Shown here piece after piece: positions 46,287-55,079 of a stretch of DNA of 64,000 nucleotides. The translations under genes and the position numbers were made by a program. Source of the stretch: a bacterium (GTDB lineage Bacteria > Patescibacteriota > Microgenomatia > Woykebacterales > RBG-16-39-9b); the NCBI GenBank assembly GCA_030704665.1, contig JAUYID010000009.1:256832-320831 (forward strand), written 5' to 3'. A model generated the notes under the pieces. That model was given only the letters and a program-made list of their open reading frames with translations, ran no database searches and had not been told where the DNA came from. Position 1 is the stretch's first letter. Each line of letters begins with the position of its first letter.

Positions 46287-47876
46287 ATGGCTGTGCTTTA
46301 CCGCAAATATCGACCTCAAAAACTCTCCGACATAGTGGGCCAAGATGAGATTACTTCTTCTCTTCTCAAACAGTTGCAATCGGGAAAAATCTCTCACGCT
46401 TACCTTTTTTCTGGACCGCGCGGAACTGGGAAAACTTCTACGGCACGGATTCTGGCCAAGGCGCTGAATTGTGAAAAATCGAAAGAGGATAAATATGATG
46501 AGCCGTGTGGAAAATGCCAATCTTGTCTAGCCATTGCTGAAGGACGTTACTTAGATTTGATTGAAATTGATGCTGCCTCAAACCGGGGTATTGATGAGAT
46601 TCGGGAACTGCGGGAAAAGATTCGTCTCGCTCCGACAGAAGGTCGTTTCAAAGTCTACATTATAGATGAGGTCCATATGCTCACCAATGAAGCTTTCAAC
46701 GCTTTGCTCAAAACTTTGGAGGAGCCTCCGGAACACGCAATTTTTATTCTCGCTACCACTGAACTACAAAAAGTTCCCTCGACTATTCTTTCGCGGACGC
46801 AAAGATTTGCTTTCAAAAGACCGAGTGTGAAAGATATTACTCTTTGTTTGCTGCCCATTGCTAAAGCAGAGAAATTTGGTTTTGACAAAGAAGTCTTGGA
46901 AGAGATCGCTAGGGCCTCCGATGGGGCCTTTCGGGACGCCCTAGTTTTGCTGGATAAAGTTTCAGCGGTAGATACCAAGGCAGACTTGGCTCGCGTCCGG
47001 ACTATTCTTGGGAAAAGCCAAGAAAGATTGACTCTGATCGAACAGCTTGTCAGCTCGGATAGCCAGGGGGCGATCCTTTGGCTGAACAATTTTTTGAACC
47101 AAGGTGGAAACCCAAGGATTCTCGCGGAAGATATCTTGCAGGATTTGCGAGTACTCCTTCTTTTTAGGCAAGGAGTTGGGGAGAAGATTTTTGCTGACTT
47201 TGATGAAGAAAAGACTGTTGAAATTGAAAGATTGGCGGGCAAAATTGCTAAGGAAAAAACCCTCAAATGGGTCAATCTTTTTACAACTGCCTTGGTGGAT
47301 CTGCGCCAAGCCAGCATTCCTCAACTACCTTTGGAAATGGCGATCATCGAGGCCTGTGGTTTTGAAGCCGAAGTTAAAGAAGTTAAAACTGAAGCTGAGG
47401 TAAAAGCGGGTGCTAAGCTAGAGACAAAAGCTGCGCAAGAAGCTAAATTGGGCTCGTCCGAGATGAAAAACGGAGAAACAGGCGAAGTTGGAGAGAGAAA
47501 AACTGAGATAGATGTGGATCATCAAAATCTTGTCGCGGTGGATTTTAAAGCGGATATGAAAAAAGTTCTTGGAGCCTGGGATACAATTCTTAAAGAACTC
47601 AAACCAAAGAACAATTCGCTCGAGATTTTTCTCCGTGGAGCAACACCAAAAGAAATCGATGAGGGAATTTTACTTATTGAGTTTGGCTACCGTTTTCACA
47701 AAGACAGGTTTGATGAGCCCAAAAACCGAGCGATCATCGAGGCGATTTTGCTCCAAGTACTTGGCGAGCCTGTTAGAATAAAGACAGTGGTGGGAACACC
47801 AAAACCAAAGGTGATCATTAAGGAAAAGATCGTCGAAGAGTCTGACCCGGTGGAAGTTTTTGGAAAGCTAGATTAA
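46287..47876 (+). CDS. dnaX: DNA polymerase III subunit gamma/tau
   Basis: LYRKYRPQ, GPRGTGKTS, EIDAASNRG, IIDEVHML. Confidence 0.97.
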   Translation: MAVLYRKYRPQKLSDIVGQDEITSSLLKQLQSGKISHAYLFSGPRGTGKTSTARILAKALNCEKSKEDKYDEPCGKCQSCLAIAEGRYLDLIEIDAASNRGIDEIRELREKIRLAPTEGRFKVYIIDEVHMLTNEAFNALLKTLEEPPEHAIFILATTELQKVPSTILSRTQRFAFKRPSVKDITLCLLPIAKAEKFGFDKEVLEEIARASDGAFRDALVLLDKVSAVDTKADLARVRTILGKSQERLTLIEQLVSSDSQGAILWLNNFLNQGGNPRILAEDILQDLRVLLLFRQGVGEKIFADFDEEKTVEIERLAGKIAKEKTLKWVNLFTTALVDLRQASIPQLPLEMAIIEACGFEAEVKEVKTEAEVKAGAKLETKAAQEAKLGSSEMKNGETGEVGERKTEIDVDHQNLVAVDFKADMKKVLGAWDTILKELKPKNNSLEIFLRGATPKEIDEGILLIEFGYRFHKDRFDEPKNRAIIEAILLQVLGEPVRIKTVVGTPKPKVIIKEKIVEESDPVEVFGKLD

Positions 47877-47897
47877 ATTTATTTTAGGAGGATAAAC

Positions 47898-48179
47898 ATG
47901 TTAGATAAATTAAAGCAGCTCTATGAACTAAAAAAACAAGCCGACCAGATGAAAAAGGAACTCGAAGTCGAAGTTCTTGAAGTTGAAGTCGGAGATGTGG
48001 TAGTGAAAGTCAACGCCGCCCAAAAAGTACTTAACCTTAGTTATCCGGAAAATACTCATCCGGATCGAGTGCGGGACGCGATCAACAAAGCTATGGACGA
48101 AGCGCAAAAAGTCGCCGCCAAAAAAATGCAGGGGATGATGGGTGGCATGGGTGGTATGGCAGATCTCCTCAAGGGTTAG
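47898..48179 (+). CDS. ybaB: YbaB/EbfC nucleoid-associated protein
   Basis: Position after dnaX; size and helical/beta pattern. Confidence 0.85.
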   Translation: MLDKLKQLYELKKQADQMKKELEVEVLEVEVGDVVVKVNAAQKVLNLSYPENTHPDRVRDAINKAMDEAQKVAAKKMQGMMGGMGGMADLLKG

Positions 48180-48259
48180 GAAGCCCAAAACTTGTTTCCT
48201 AGTAATATAATCTAATTAACCAAAAAGCTATAGGTCAGCTGCTGCAGTGGAGGTGAGAG

Positions 48260-49174
48260 ATGAAGCAGTTATTTGCAAAGGTAAAAGCAGGGTTGACCAG
48301 CATAGCTCTCGGCAGCATTGTTTGGCTGCTTCGTGCTGTGATGCGCTGGTTCCCAAAGAATCTGCGCGCCGTCATCCTATTCCAGCTTGGCTTGGGTATC
48401 TTGATCTTCGGTTGGTTCTGGATCGGGCGGCGAATGAACAGCAACCTGAGGCTCTTGCGTCCGGACCTGAACTGGGCTCAGAGACTGATGGTGACAGTAC
48501 GAAATATCTGGACTCTGACTCGGGCTTGGACTTTCCTCTTGAGCAACGAGGAGATTGCTCCTGAAGATATGCAGGCGCGGGTCGAGGGGGCCGAGCCGCT
48601 GCTCGAATCCTACAATGCCGGAACCAAGACTATCGTTGCCTTTGTGCACATCGCGGTGAACGAATTGGTACCGGCAGTTTCGGCTCTGGGGGTGAGAGCA
48701 TTTGCGCCGGCCGAAGCAATTCCGGAGTTACTCTATCAGGCTATGGCGCGACTGCGTGCTCGCCACGGCAATGTTGAGTTCACGCGGATTAGTCGTGGCC
48801 AGACCTTGCCAGTCTGTCGGCAAAAACTAGCCGAAGGCTGGATTGTCGTTTTGGCGCTGGACATGATCCGCCAGGCCGGTAGCGGTGGAGTTCTCTGTCG
48901 TCTAGGGACTGCCAAAGGGTACTTTCCAGTTGGAGCAGTCAAACTTGCTCTCGAAGAAGAAGCTAGTCTTTGGCTTGCCCTACCGTACTACGACCAGAAG
49001 GGTGTGGCCCGACTGCGCATCGAAGGTCCGTTTGAGTTGACTCGTACTGGAGAGGTCGTCGCCGACATCGAGTCCAACACCTGTCGGCTAGTTGCTGCGT
49101 ACGAGAGTTTCATTCTCGAGCGTCTTGCGGATTGGTGGCAGCTGCCTTGGGTGAAGTTGACGAGGAAGGAGTGA
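48260..49174 (+). CDS. Lysophospholipid/lipid-A-type acyltransferase (LpxL/PatA family)
   Basis: VAFVHIAVNE (HxxxxE), LAEGWIVVLALD, FPVGAVKLA, WWQL; SD GGAGGTG. Confidence 0.75.
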   Translation: MKQLFAKVKAGLTSIALGSIVWLLRAVMRWFPKNLRAVILFQLGLGILIFGWFWIGRRMNSNLRLLRPDLNWAQRLMVTVRNIWTLTRAWTFLLSNEEIAPEDMQARVEGAEPLLESYNAGTKTIVAFVHIAVNELVPAVSALGVRAFAPAEAIPELLYQAMARLRARHGNVEFTRISRGQTLPVCRQKLAEGWIVVLALDMIRQAGSGGVLCRLGTAKGYFPVGAVKLALEEEASLWLALPYYDQKGVARLRIEGPFELTRTGEVVADIESNTCRLVAAYESFILERLADWWQLPWVKLTRKE

Positions 49175-49255
49175 TCGCGGGGCGCTCAACGGTTGAAAGA
49201 CCGGCGAGTGCCCCTTCGCGTTTTCTTCGCGGATATTTTTTGTTACACTAGTAAG

Positions 49256-49852
49256 GTGCAAATTCCCAAATCAGTTGCCAATGTCATCGCTGAATTTGAA
49301 AAATTACCCGGTATTGGGCCGAAGTCAGCACAAAGGCTAACCTACTATTTACTTCACGCTCCGAAGGAACAGTCCGCCGCTCTTTCAGCTGCGGTCGCCG
49401 AACTCAAAGACAAAACAGTTCTTTGTAGCACTTGCTTCAATGTTGCGGAAGTTGATCCTTGCGAAGTTTGCAGCTCAAAGATGCGGGACCGCGCGGTCAT
49501 TATGGTGGTTGAGGAACCGCTTGACGCTCTAGCCCTCGAGCGTTCCCGATCCTTCAAAGGGCTTTATCACGTTCTTCACGGAGCCATCGCCCCACTCGAC
49601 AACATTGGTCCGGACGAAATCTATCTCAAAGAACTTTTGCCAAGACTAAAAAGTGGCGAAGTCAAAGAAGTGATTCTGGCGACCAATCCGAATATCGAAG
49701 GGGAAGCAACCGCGATGTACATTCAACGTTTGATCCAACCTCTTGGGCTGCGGGTGACTCGTATCGCCCGCGGTCTCCCAACTGGTGCAGACCTTGAGTA
49801 CGCTGACGAAACGACTCTTTCCCGCGCGGTTGAAGGTAGAGTTGATTTTTAA
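49256..49852 (+). CDS. recR: Recombination protein RecR
   Basis: LPGIGPKSAQRL, C4 zinc finger, YHVLHG, EGEATA; start at GTG 49256. Confidence 0.97.
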   Translation: MQIPKSVANVIAEFEKLPGIGPKSAQRLTYYLLHAPKEQSAALSAAVAELKDKTVLCSTCFNVAEVDPCEVCSSKMRDRAVIMVVEEPLDALALERSRSFKGLYHVLHGAIAPLDNIGPDEIYLKELLPRLKSGEVKEVILATNPNIEGEATAMYIQRLIQPLGLRVTRIARGLPTGADLEYADETTLSRAVEGRVDF

Positions 49853-49860
49853 ATCCTGTT

Positions 49861-50418
49861 ATGGCAAAAATAATCATTGGTCTGGTTGGTCCTCCTGGAT
49901 CAGGGAAAACCTCAGCCGCAAAGTATTTAGAAAGCAAAGGCTTTGTGAATCTACGACTTTCTTCTGCTTTGGAACCTGAAATAAAAAAAAGGGGTTTGCC
50001 TTTGATTCGTGAAAGTTACCAAGATCTTGGGAACGAATGGAGAAAAGAAAAGATCGATTACCTCAGTGAGATTTTGTTTACGCAGATTGAAAAGCTACCA
50101 AAAGAAGCAAAAGTAGTGGTCGAGGGTTTTCGTAACCCAGGAGAAGTGGTACCGTTTAAAGAAAGGAGCAACTTTTTTCTAATTGGACTAGATGCTGGGG
50201 TTGAGGAGCGTTTCAAAAGAGTTAACTCATTGGGACGAGATCCTCAAAGTTGGGAGGAGTTTTTGGTACTTGAGAAACGTGACCAAGGAAATGATGAGCC
50301 TGAGTGGGGCCTGCAGGTAGCGAAAACTCTAAGTTTGGCTGATATCATTATTGATACTGGCAAAGACAAAACAGCTGTATTTACAGAAATAGAAAATTTT
50401 TTGAAAGGAATAAAATGA
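49861..50418 (+). CDS. P-loop nucleoside monophosphate/dephospho-CoA kinase-like protein
   Basis: GLVGPPGSGKT, VVEGFRNPGEV. Confidence 0.8.
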   Translation: MAKIIIGLVGPPGSGKTSAAKYLESKGFVNLRLSSALEPEIKKRGLPLIRESYQDLGNEWRKEKIDYLSEILFTQIEKLPKEAKVVVEGFRNPGEVVPFKERSNFFLIGLDAGVEERFKRVNSLGRDPQSWEEFLVLEKRDQGNDEPEWGLQVAKTLSLADIIIDTGKDKTAVFTEIENFLKGIK

Positions 50419-50855
50419 GTTTAAACGAAAAACTACAAGCAGACATGAAAGAAGCGATGATTGCTAAGGACGAGATGAGATTGTCCACGATTCGCTTTTT
50501 GCTCTCCGACCTTAATTACTTAAAAATCGAGAAACAAAGAGAACTGACCGACGAGGATGTTCTGGGTGCGATTGAAAAACAAGTCAAGCGCCACCGCGAA
50601 AGCATTGAAGGCTTTGAAAAGGGTGGGAGAGCCGAGATGGCGGAAAAGGAAAAAGCCGAGCTAGCTATCCTGCAAACTTATTTACCCGCGCAAATGAGTG
50701 AAGAAGATATACGCAAAGCGGTTGGTGAGGCGATTGCCTCATCTGGGGCTTCTTCAATTCAAGAGATGGGCAAAGTCATGGCTGCACTTTCTAGCCTTAA
50801 AGGCAAAGCAGACATGAGTGTTGTCAGTTCCATAGTTAAAGAAAAGCTTTCCTAG
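50415..50855 (+). CDS. yqeY: GatB/YqeY domain protein
   Basis: DMKEAM, KRHRESIEGF, YLPAQMSEE, MGKVM. Confidence 0.93.
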   Translation: MSLNEKLQADMKEAMIAKDEMRLSTIRFLLSDLNYLKIEKQRELTDEDVLGAIEKQVKRHRESIEGFEKGGRAEMAEKEKAELAILQTYLPAQMSEEDIRKAVGEAIASSGASSIQEMGKVMAALSSLKGKADMSVVSSIVKEKLS

Positions 50856-50885
50856 ATTGTTTTGTTATTTTAAGCCTATTTAGAA

Positions 50886-51055
50886 TTCTTTCTGTCACTT
50901 TTTAGAAAAGTGACCAAAACTTCCGCCAGGCTGCGTGCGCTAGCAAGATTTAAGTCGCTCAAGCAAAGTTGTTAAACTCGCCTTCGGCTCAAACAAAACA
51001 ACTTGTGCTAGGTCGCTTGGTTAAATCTTGCTTAAACGCGTACTCGCAATGGCGG
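50886..51055. repeat. Long stem-loop miniature element
   Basis: CCGCCA/TGGCGG, GCAAGATTTAA/TTAAATCTTGC and AAGTTGTT/AACAACTT stems around an AAACTCGCCTTCGGCTCAAAC loop. Confidence 0.6.
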
Positions 51056-51134
51056 TATAAGAAAATTTTAACTTCGCATTCACAATTCTTAATTCTGGAC
51101 TCACTTGTTTCCTTGACCCGAAAGGGTACAATTT

Positions 51135-51447
51135 TAGATGAGACATGGCAGTGTCTTCCGACTTACTTCGTTTTTGGCAGGTTTGCAGTATCACGAAGAA
51201 GCCCTAGTTAAAAAAGTAGGTCGGTTGAAGGGGTAGAAGGGTAGGGCAGATTTCCAGAGCAGCTGGTTTCTTGTTCTTTCCTAGGGGAGAACACGTCTGT
51301 TCGGTGTACACTCAATCAGCTGTTCTGTCGCATTGGTTTTCCCAAGGTTCAACTATCGGGTTCGAACGGGCAACCAAGGCAAAATGCGGCGAAGTGGGGG
51401 TTTTAGTGCTCAATTAGCCTTTGCTTCGCCGTTCCCCAAGGCAAACA
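51135..51447 (+). ncRNA. Putative structured ncRNA unit 1
   Basis: TACAAT -10 at 51127; stems 51158-67/51215-24, 51255-68/51314-27, 51387-94/51424-31; no long ORF. Confidence 0.4.
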
Positions 51448-51491
51448 ATTGACCGCTTGCTTTTTCATTTTTCTAGTAGCATTATCTCAAT

Positions 51492-51960
51492 AACGGTTTG
51501 TGGAACGGCCTCGAGTTCCGATTGGAAAAAGACTGATGTCTCTGTCCAAGTCCACGATATCAAGAGGCAAGGAGGTGCTGTCTAGCCAAGTTCTCGGCAT
51601 AGGCGTGTCCTGACAGGACGTGACTGTACTTCAGGACAATTCCCCCACCAGGGAATGGGCGGAACTGAATGACGTTTTGGGAGAGGCGTTGTTTGGTGCC
51701 CCAGAAGATGGTGACTGGAGAGGGCGGCTTTTCTCGAAAGTTACCATTGACTGTTCCTTACCTGACCTGATTTTTGCTTACTTTGTGGGCAAGTCTCAGA
51801 TCAGTTTCAATACGGTGAATCGGAGGGAGAGATGGATCTTATCTTGGGACTTTGAGCAAGGATGCTCCCGCGCGTAAGTTCCGAGCCCTCCATTCAGGCG
51901 AGAGCGAGTGTGTCCACGGATCCCCGAAATTCTTGACCACACCGCTCTCGCCCTCGCTCC
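51492..51960 (+). other. Structured transcript unit 2 (ncRNA or decayed gene)
   Basis: TTGCTT-N17-CATTAT; stems 51707-16/51739-48, 51762-70/51796-804, 51897-906/51943-52; also SD AAGGAGG and an 85-aa ORF. Confidence 0.35.
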
Positions 51961-52006
51961 TTTTTCCCCACTTGAATTTAAACAAAAAAGGTAGCATATT
52001 TAATTT

Positions 52007-52557
52007 GAAGGTCTGGTTGGGATCCGCATAACCGCACCAAACCTTTACCGTGTCCACACCTTGTGGCTAGCACGGGTGGATGCTCCTGACGGCCAGGAGC
52101 GTAGGTCTCAAGGAAGACAGGAGGCAGGGAAGAGTACGGCATTCGCGGAGGCTTGAGAGTACCAGTCAGGGTTTGATGGGATGCGGACCTTTCCCTGACG
52201 CTTTCCAGTTGGTGGAGTTTGGTTGCGAAGAAGAAGCACCAAAGCCATGGTGAGACTCCACCCAACTGCCAATTTCCTGATTCGATTTCGCTTGTCCGAA
52301 AAGCAGATCGGTCAGTGCGCAATAATTTCGGTTCCTCAAGGACGAGGAGTTTGAGAGCAGACGAAAGAAGGGCCAACCCTGAAGTCCCACCCCGCCACCT
52401 AGGACGTTTCAGGCCCTTCCTGCGGTTTCAAGCTGGCAGAAGCTGGCCCCCGCATATCCCCCCTCAAGGCGTCTGGTCTCAACCCCAAACCTTCAGGACA
52501 GGGGAGCGTGGTGTGACGATTTTGCGAATCGTTGCTTACGCCCCACGCTCCCCCTCG
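52007..52557 (+). ncRNA. Putative large structured ncRNA unit 3
   Basis: TTGAAT-N17-CATATT; stems 52023-29/52181-87, 52207-19/52255-68, 52351-63/52470-82, 52501-11/52543-53. Confidence 0.45.
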
Positions 52558-52610
52558 TCTAGTCTAAAAGCTTGCAATTTCCTTTCACAAAAGTTAAAAT
52601 TCAAACTGAC

Positions 52611-52774
52611 AAGGGCATCTACGCCGCATCTCGCCGAAAGGGCGGGACCCGACGTTGCTTAACTAAGGTCGTCTTGGAATAGGACGAGCCGACAAAGAGC
52701 AGGGAAACCAAAGCAGGCCAGCCTCGACTAGCTCAGCTAGTCGAACTGAATTACCACAAAATAGATGCCTTTTT
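52611..52774 (+). ncRNA. Putative multibranched ncRNA/riboswitch unit 4
   Basis: TTGCAA-N17-TAAAAT; closing stem GGCATCTA/TAGATGCC followed by a T-run; internal hairpins incl. TCGACTAGC/GCTAGTCGA. Confidence 0.5.
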
Positions 52775-52866
52775 ACGTGCCCGCCAATTTTGGCGAGGTA
52801 CGGTCAAAATCCCTGTGTGATTAATTTAAAAGTACCCTTTGAAAGGTTTTTAACGTGGCGATTTGT

Positions 52867-52939
52867 GTCATCCTGAATTTAATTCAGGATCTTCTGAAAA
52901 CGCCAGGTTAATTGGGTTCTGAAACAAGTTCAGAATGAC
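52867..52939. repeat. GTCA...TGAC palindromic miniature repeat
   Basis: GTCATCCTGAATTTAATTCAGGATCT...TTCTGAAACAAGTTCAGAATGAC. Confidence 0.85.
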
Positions 52940-52955
52940 AGAAGGAGCAATAAAA

Positions 52956-53414
52956 ATGGCTATGTTTAGTTTTTTCGGAAAAGGGTTTCGTGATCTCGAA
53001 ACCAAAATAGCAGAACTCATTACCAGCTTCGCCGGAAGTATGGCTTTTGTTTACATACATATTATTTGGTTTGGAGCCTGGATAATTTTCGCCAAGCAAA
53101 TTGGTGATACCTTTCCTTTTGGTTTGCTGACAATGATCGTCTCCCTTGAGGCAATTTTCCTTTCTACCTTGATCATGGTCAAACAAAACCGTCAGGCTGA
53201 GATTGATGCCCAAAGAGCTGAAGAAGAGGATGAAGAAAGAGAAGACATTGAAGAAGATATTGAGGATATTCAAGAGGATTTCGATGAGCTACAAAAAGAT
53301 CTTAGTGAAGTGCGTCGTCTCATTGAAAAAATTGAATCTCGAACTACTAGTTACGACCCTGTTTCCAAACCAGTGCCTTCTAGCATTCGAAACAAGAAAA
53401 AAGATTCCGCCTAA
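52956..53414 (+). CDS. DUF1003-family membrane protein
   Basis: ITSFAGSMAFVYIHIIWF...PFGLLTMIVSLEAIFLSTLIMVKQNR; SD AAGGAG before ATG 52956. Confidence 0.85.
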   Translation: MAMFSFFGKGFRDLETKIAELITSFAGSMAFVYIHIIWFGAWIIFAKQIGDTFPFGLLTMIVSLEAIFLSTLIMVKQNRQAEIDAQRAEEEDEEREDIEEDIEDIQEDFDELQKDLSEVRRLIEKIESRTTSYDPVSKPVPSSIRNKKKDSA

Positions 53415-53446
53415 ACAAACGAGGTTAGTTAAACTTAAATCTTGAG

Positions 53447-53480
53447 TAGTACAAATTGTACGATCGTGAACTTTGTTCTA
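53447..53480 (+). repeat. 34-bp palindromic dispersed repeat, copy F
   Basis: TAGTACAAATTGTACGATCGTGAACTTTGTTCTA. Confidence 0.9.
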
Positions 53481-53487
53481 TCTAAAT

Positions 53488-53600
53488 GCCATCCTGAACA
53501 CTTCGCTCTCTCACTCTGAAAGTAGTGAAGAGTCTCGAGTTCAAACCCAGTGAGAGATTTTCTGATCTACCCCTAAGTTAATCAAAGAGATTCTTCAGCA
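53488..53600. repeat. Degenerate/nested GTCA...TGAC-family repeat
   Basis: CATCCTGAA...TCACTCTGAA...GTGAAGAGTCTCGAGT (shared with the 24738 copy)...GAGATTCTTC. Confidence 0.6.
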
Positions 53601-53648
53601 GTTTTGGCTGGTTGTCCGGCTCTCTGAATGTGATAATATGATTAGCTA

Positions 53649-55079
53649 ATGTCAGAAATATTTCTCACCAACACTTTGGGTAGAAAAAAGGAAAAGTTTG
53701 AGGCGACTAATTCGTTGGTTACTATTTATTCCTGTGGGCCGACAGTTTACCGCAACGTTCATATCGGCAATTTGCGTACCTACATAAGCGTCGATCTTCT
53801 TATTCGAGCTTTGAAATACAATGGTTACGAGGTGCGACACGTCAAAAATATTACCGATGTGGGGCACATGCGCAGTACCGGAGCAGACACCGCTTACGAT
53901 CCGATCATTAACGAGGCCCTCAAAGAAGGCAAGACTCCAGCTGAGATTGCGGAGATTTATACTCAGGCTTACTTTGAAGATCAAAAGAAGCTCAATATTC
54001 TCGATGCGCACGTCAATCCCAAAGCGACCGAGCATATAGCTGAAATGATTGCACTGACCGAGGAGTTGGTTAAAAATGATCTTGCCTACGAAGTAGAGGG
54101 AACAGTTTACTTCGACGTCAAAAAGTTTAAAGATTACGGTAAGCTATCGGGTAATACCTTGGACAAAATGGGACAGTTGCTCGAAGCGGTGCGAGTTTCA
54201 GTTGAGACCGACAAAAAAGACAGCGTTGATTTTGCTCTTTGGAAGTTGTCTAAAGATGACCGCGCCATGGTTTGGGACAGCCCGTGGGGGAAAGGCTTTC
54301 CCGGCTGGCACATTGAGTGTTCGGCGATGTCGCTCAAACACCTAACCAAAGCCTTTGAGAGTGGCAAATTTGATCCAGAAGAAGTTAAAACTATAGATAT
54401 TCACTCCGGTGGAGAGGATTTGATCTTCCCACACCATGAAGACGAGATCGCTCAAAGTCAGGGAGCAAGTGGAAAAGAGTTTGTAAAATACTGGTTTCAC
54501 GGTGGTTTTCTGACAGTTGATGACAAAAAGATGTCTCGTAGTGCAGGTAATTATCTTGTTCTAAATGATATAGAAAGCAAGGAGTACAAGCCACTTTCGT
54601 TTCGTTATTTAACGCTAACTGCACACTACCGCAGTAAACTAAATTTTACTTGGGAGTCTCTGACTGCGGCCCAAATTGCCCTTAAAAATCTTTATCGTGA
54701 AATTTCCCGTTACTATCAAGAATCAGAGGCAAAAATCGGTTGTGCTGAATACGAAGAAAGGTTTTTGGCGGCTGTTAATGACGATCTTGACACTCCAAAG
54801 GCACTTACGGTTGTTTGGGAACTGGTAAAGAGTGATTATCCAGCTTCAGCAAAGTTAAAAAGCTTACTTAAATTTGATGAATTTTTAGGTTTGGATTTGC
54901 ATACAGTTTCAAGCGGTAAAATTTCCGACGAGGTTGGCGCTTTGGTTGAAGAACGCGAAAAAGCACGAGCCGCGAAGGATTTTGCCAAAGCTGACGAACT
55001 TCGCGCCGAGATTGCCAAAAAAGGTTTTGAAGTAGTTGACGAAGAAGCTGGCCCGAAACTAAAGAAGATCATCCAATGA
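53649..55079 (+). CDS. cysS: Cysteinyl-tRNA synthetase
   Basis: CGPTVY...HIGN, PGWHIECSAM, FPHHEDE, KMSRS. Confidence 0.98.
   Translation: MSEIFLTNTLGRKKEKFEATNSLVTIYSCGPTVYRNVHIGNLRTYISVDLLIRALKYNGYEVRHVKNITDVGHMRSTGADTAYDPIINEALKEGKTPAEIAEIYTQAYFEDQKKLNILDAHVNPKATEHIAEMIALTEELVKNDLAYEVEGTVYFDVKKFKDYGKLSGNTLDKMGQLLEAVRVSVETDKKDSVDFALWKLSKDDRAMVWDSPWGKGFPGWHIECSAMSLKHLTKAFESGKFDPEEVKTIDIHSGGEDLIFPHHEDEIAQSQGASGKEFVKYWFHGGFLTVDDKKMSRSAGNYLVLNDIESKEYKPLSFRYLTLTAHYRSKLNFTWESLTAAQIALKNLYREISRYYQESEAKIGCAEYEERFLAAVNDDLDTPKALTVVWELVKSDYPASAKLKSLLKFDEFLGLDLHTVSSGKISDEVGALVEEREKARAAKDFAKADELRAEIAKKGFEVVDEEAGPKLKKIIQ

Noticed and set aside
51138-51236. HIRAN-like start (SFLAGLQYHE) in a short leaderless ORF
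   Set aside because: The ORF stops after 32 codons and no downstream HIRAN motif is visible. It is probably chance or a remnant.
51120-52774. RNase P RNA or tmRNA
   Set aside because: No GAGGAAAGTCC/AACAGAA motifs and no tRNA-like GGGG...TTCGA...CCA ends on either strand that I could find.
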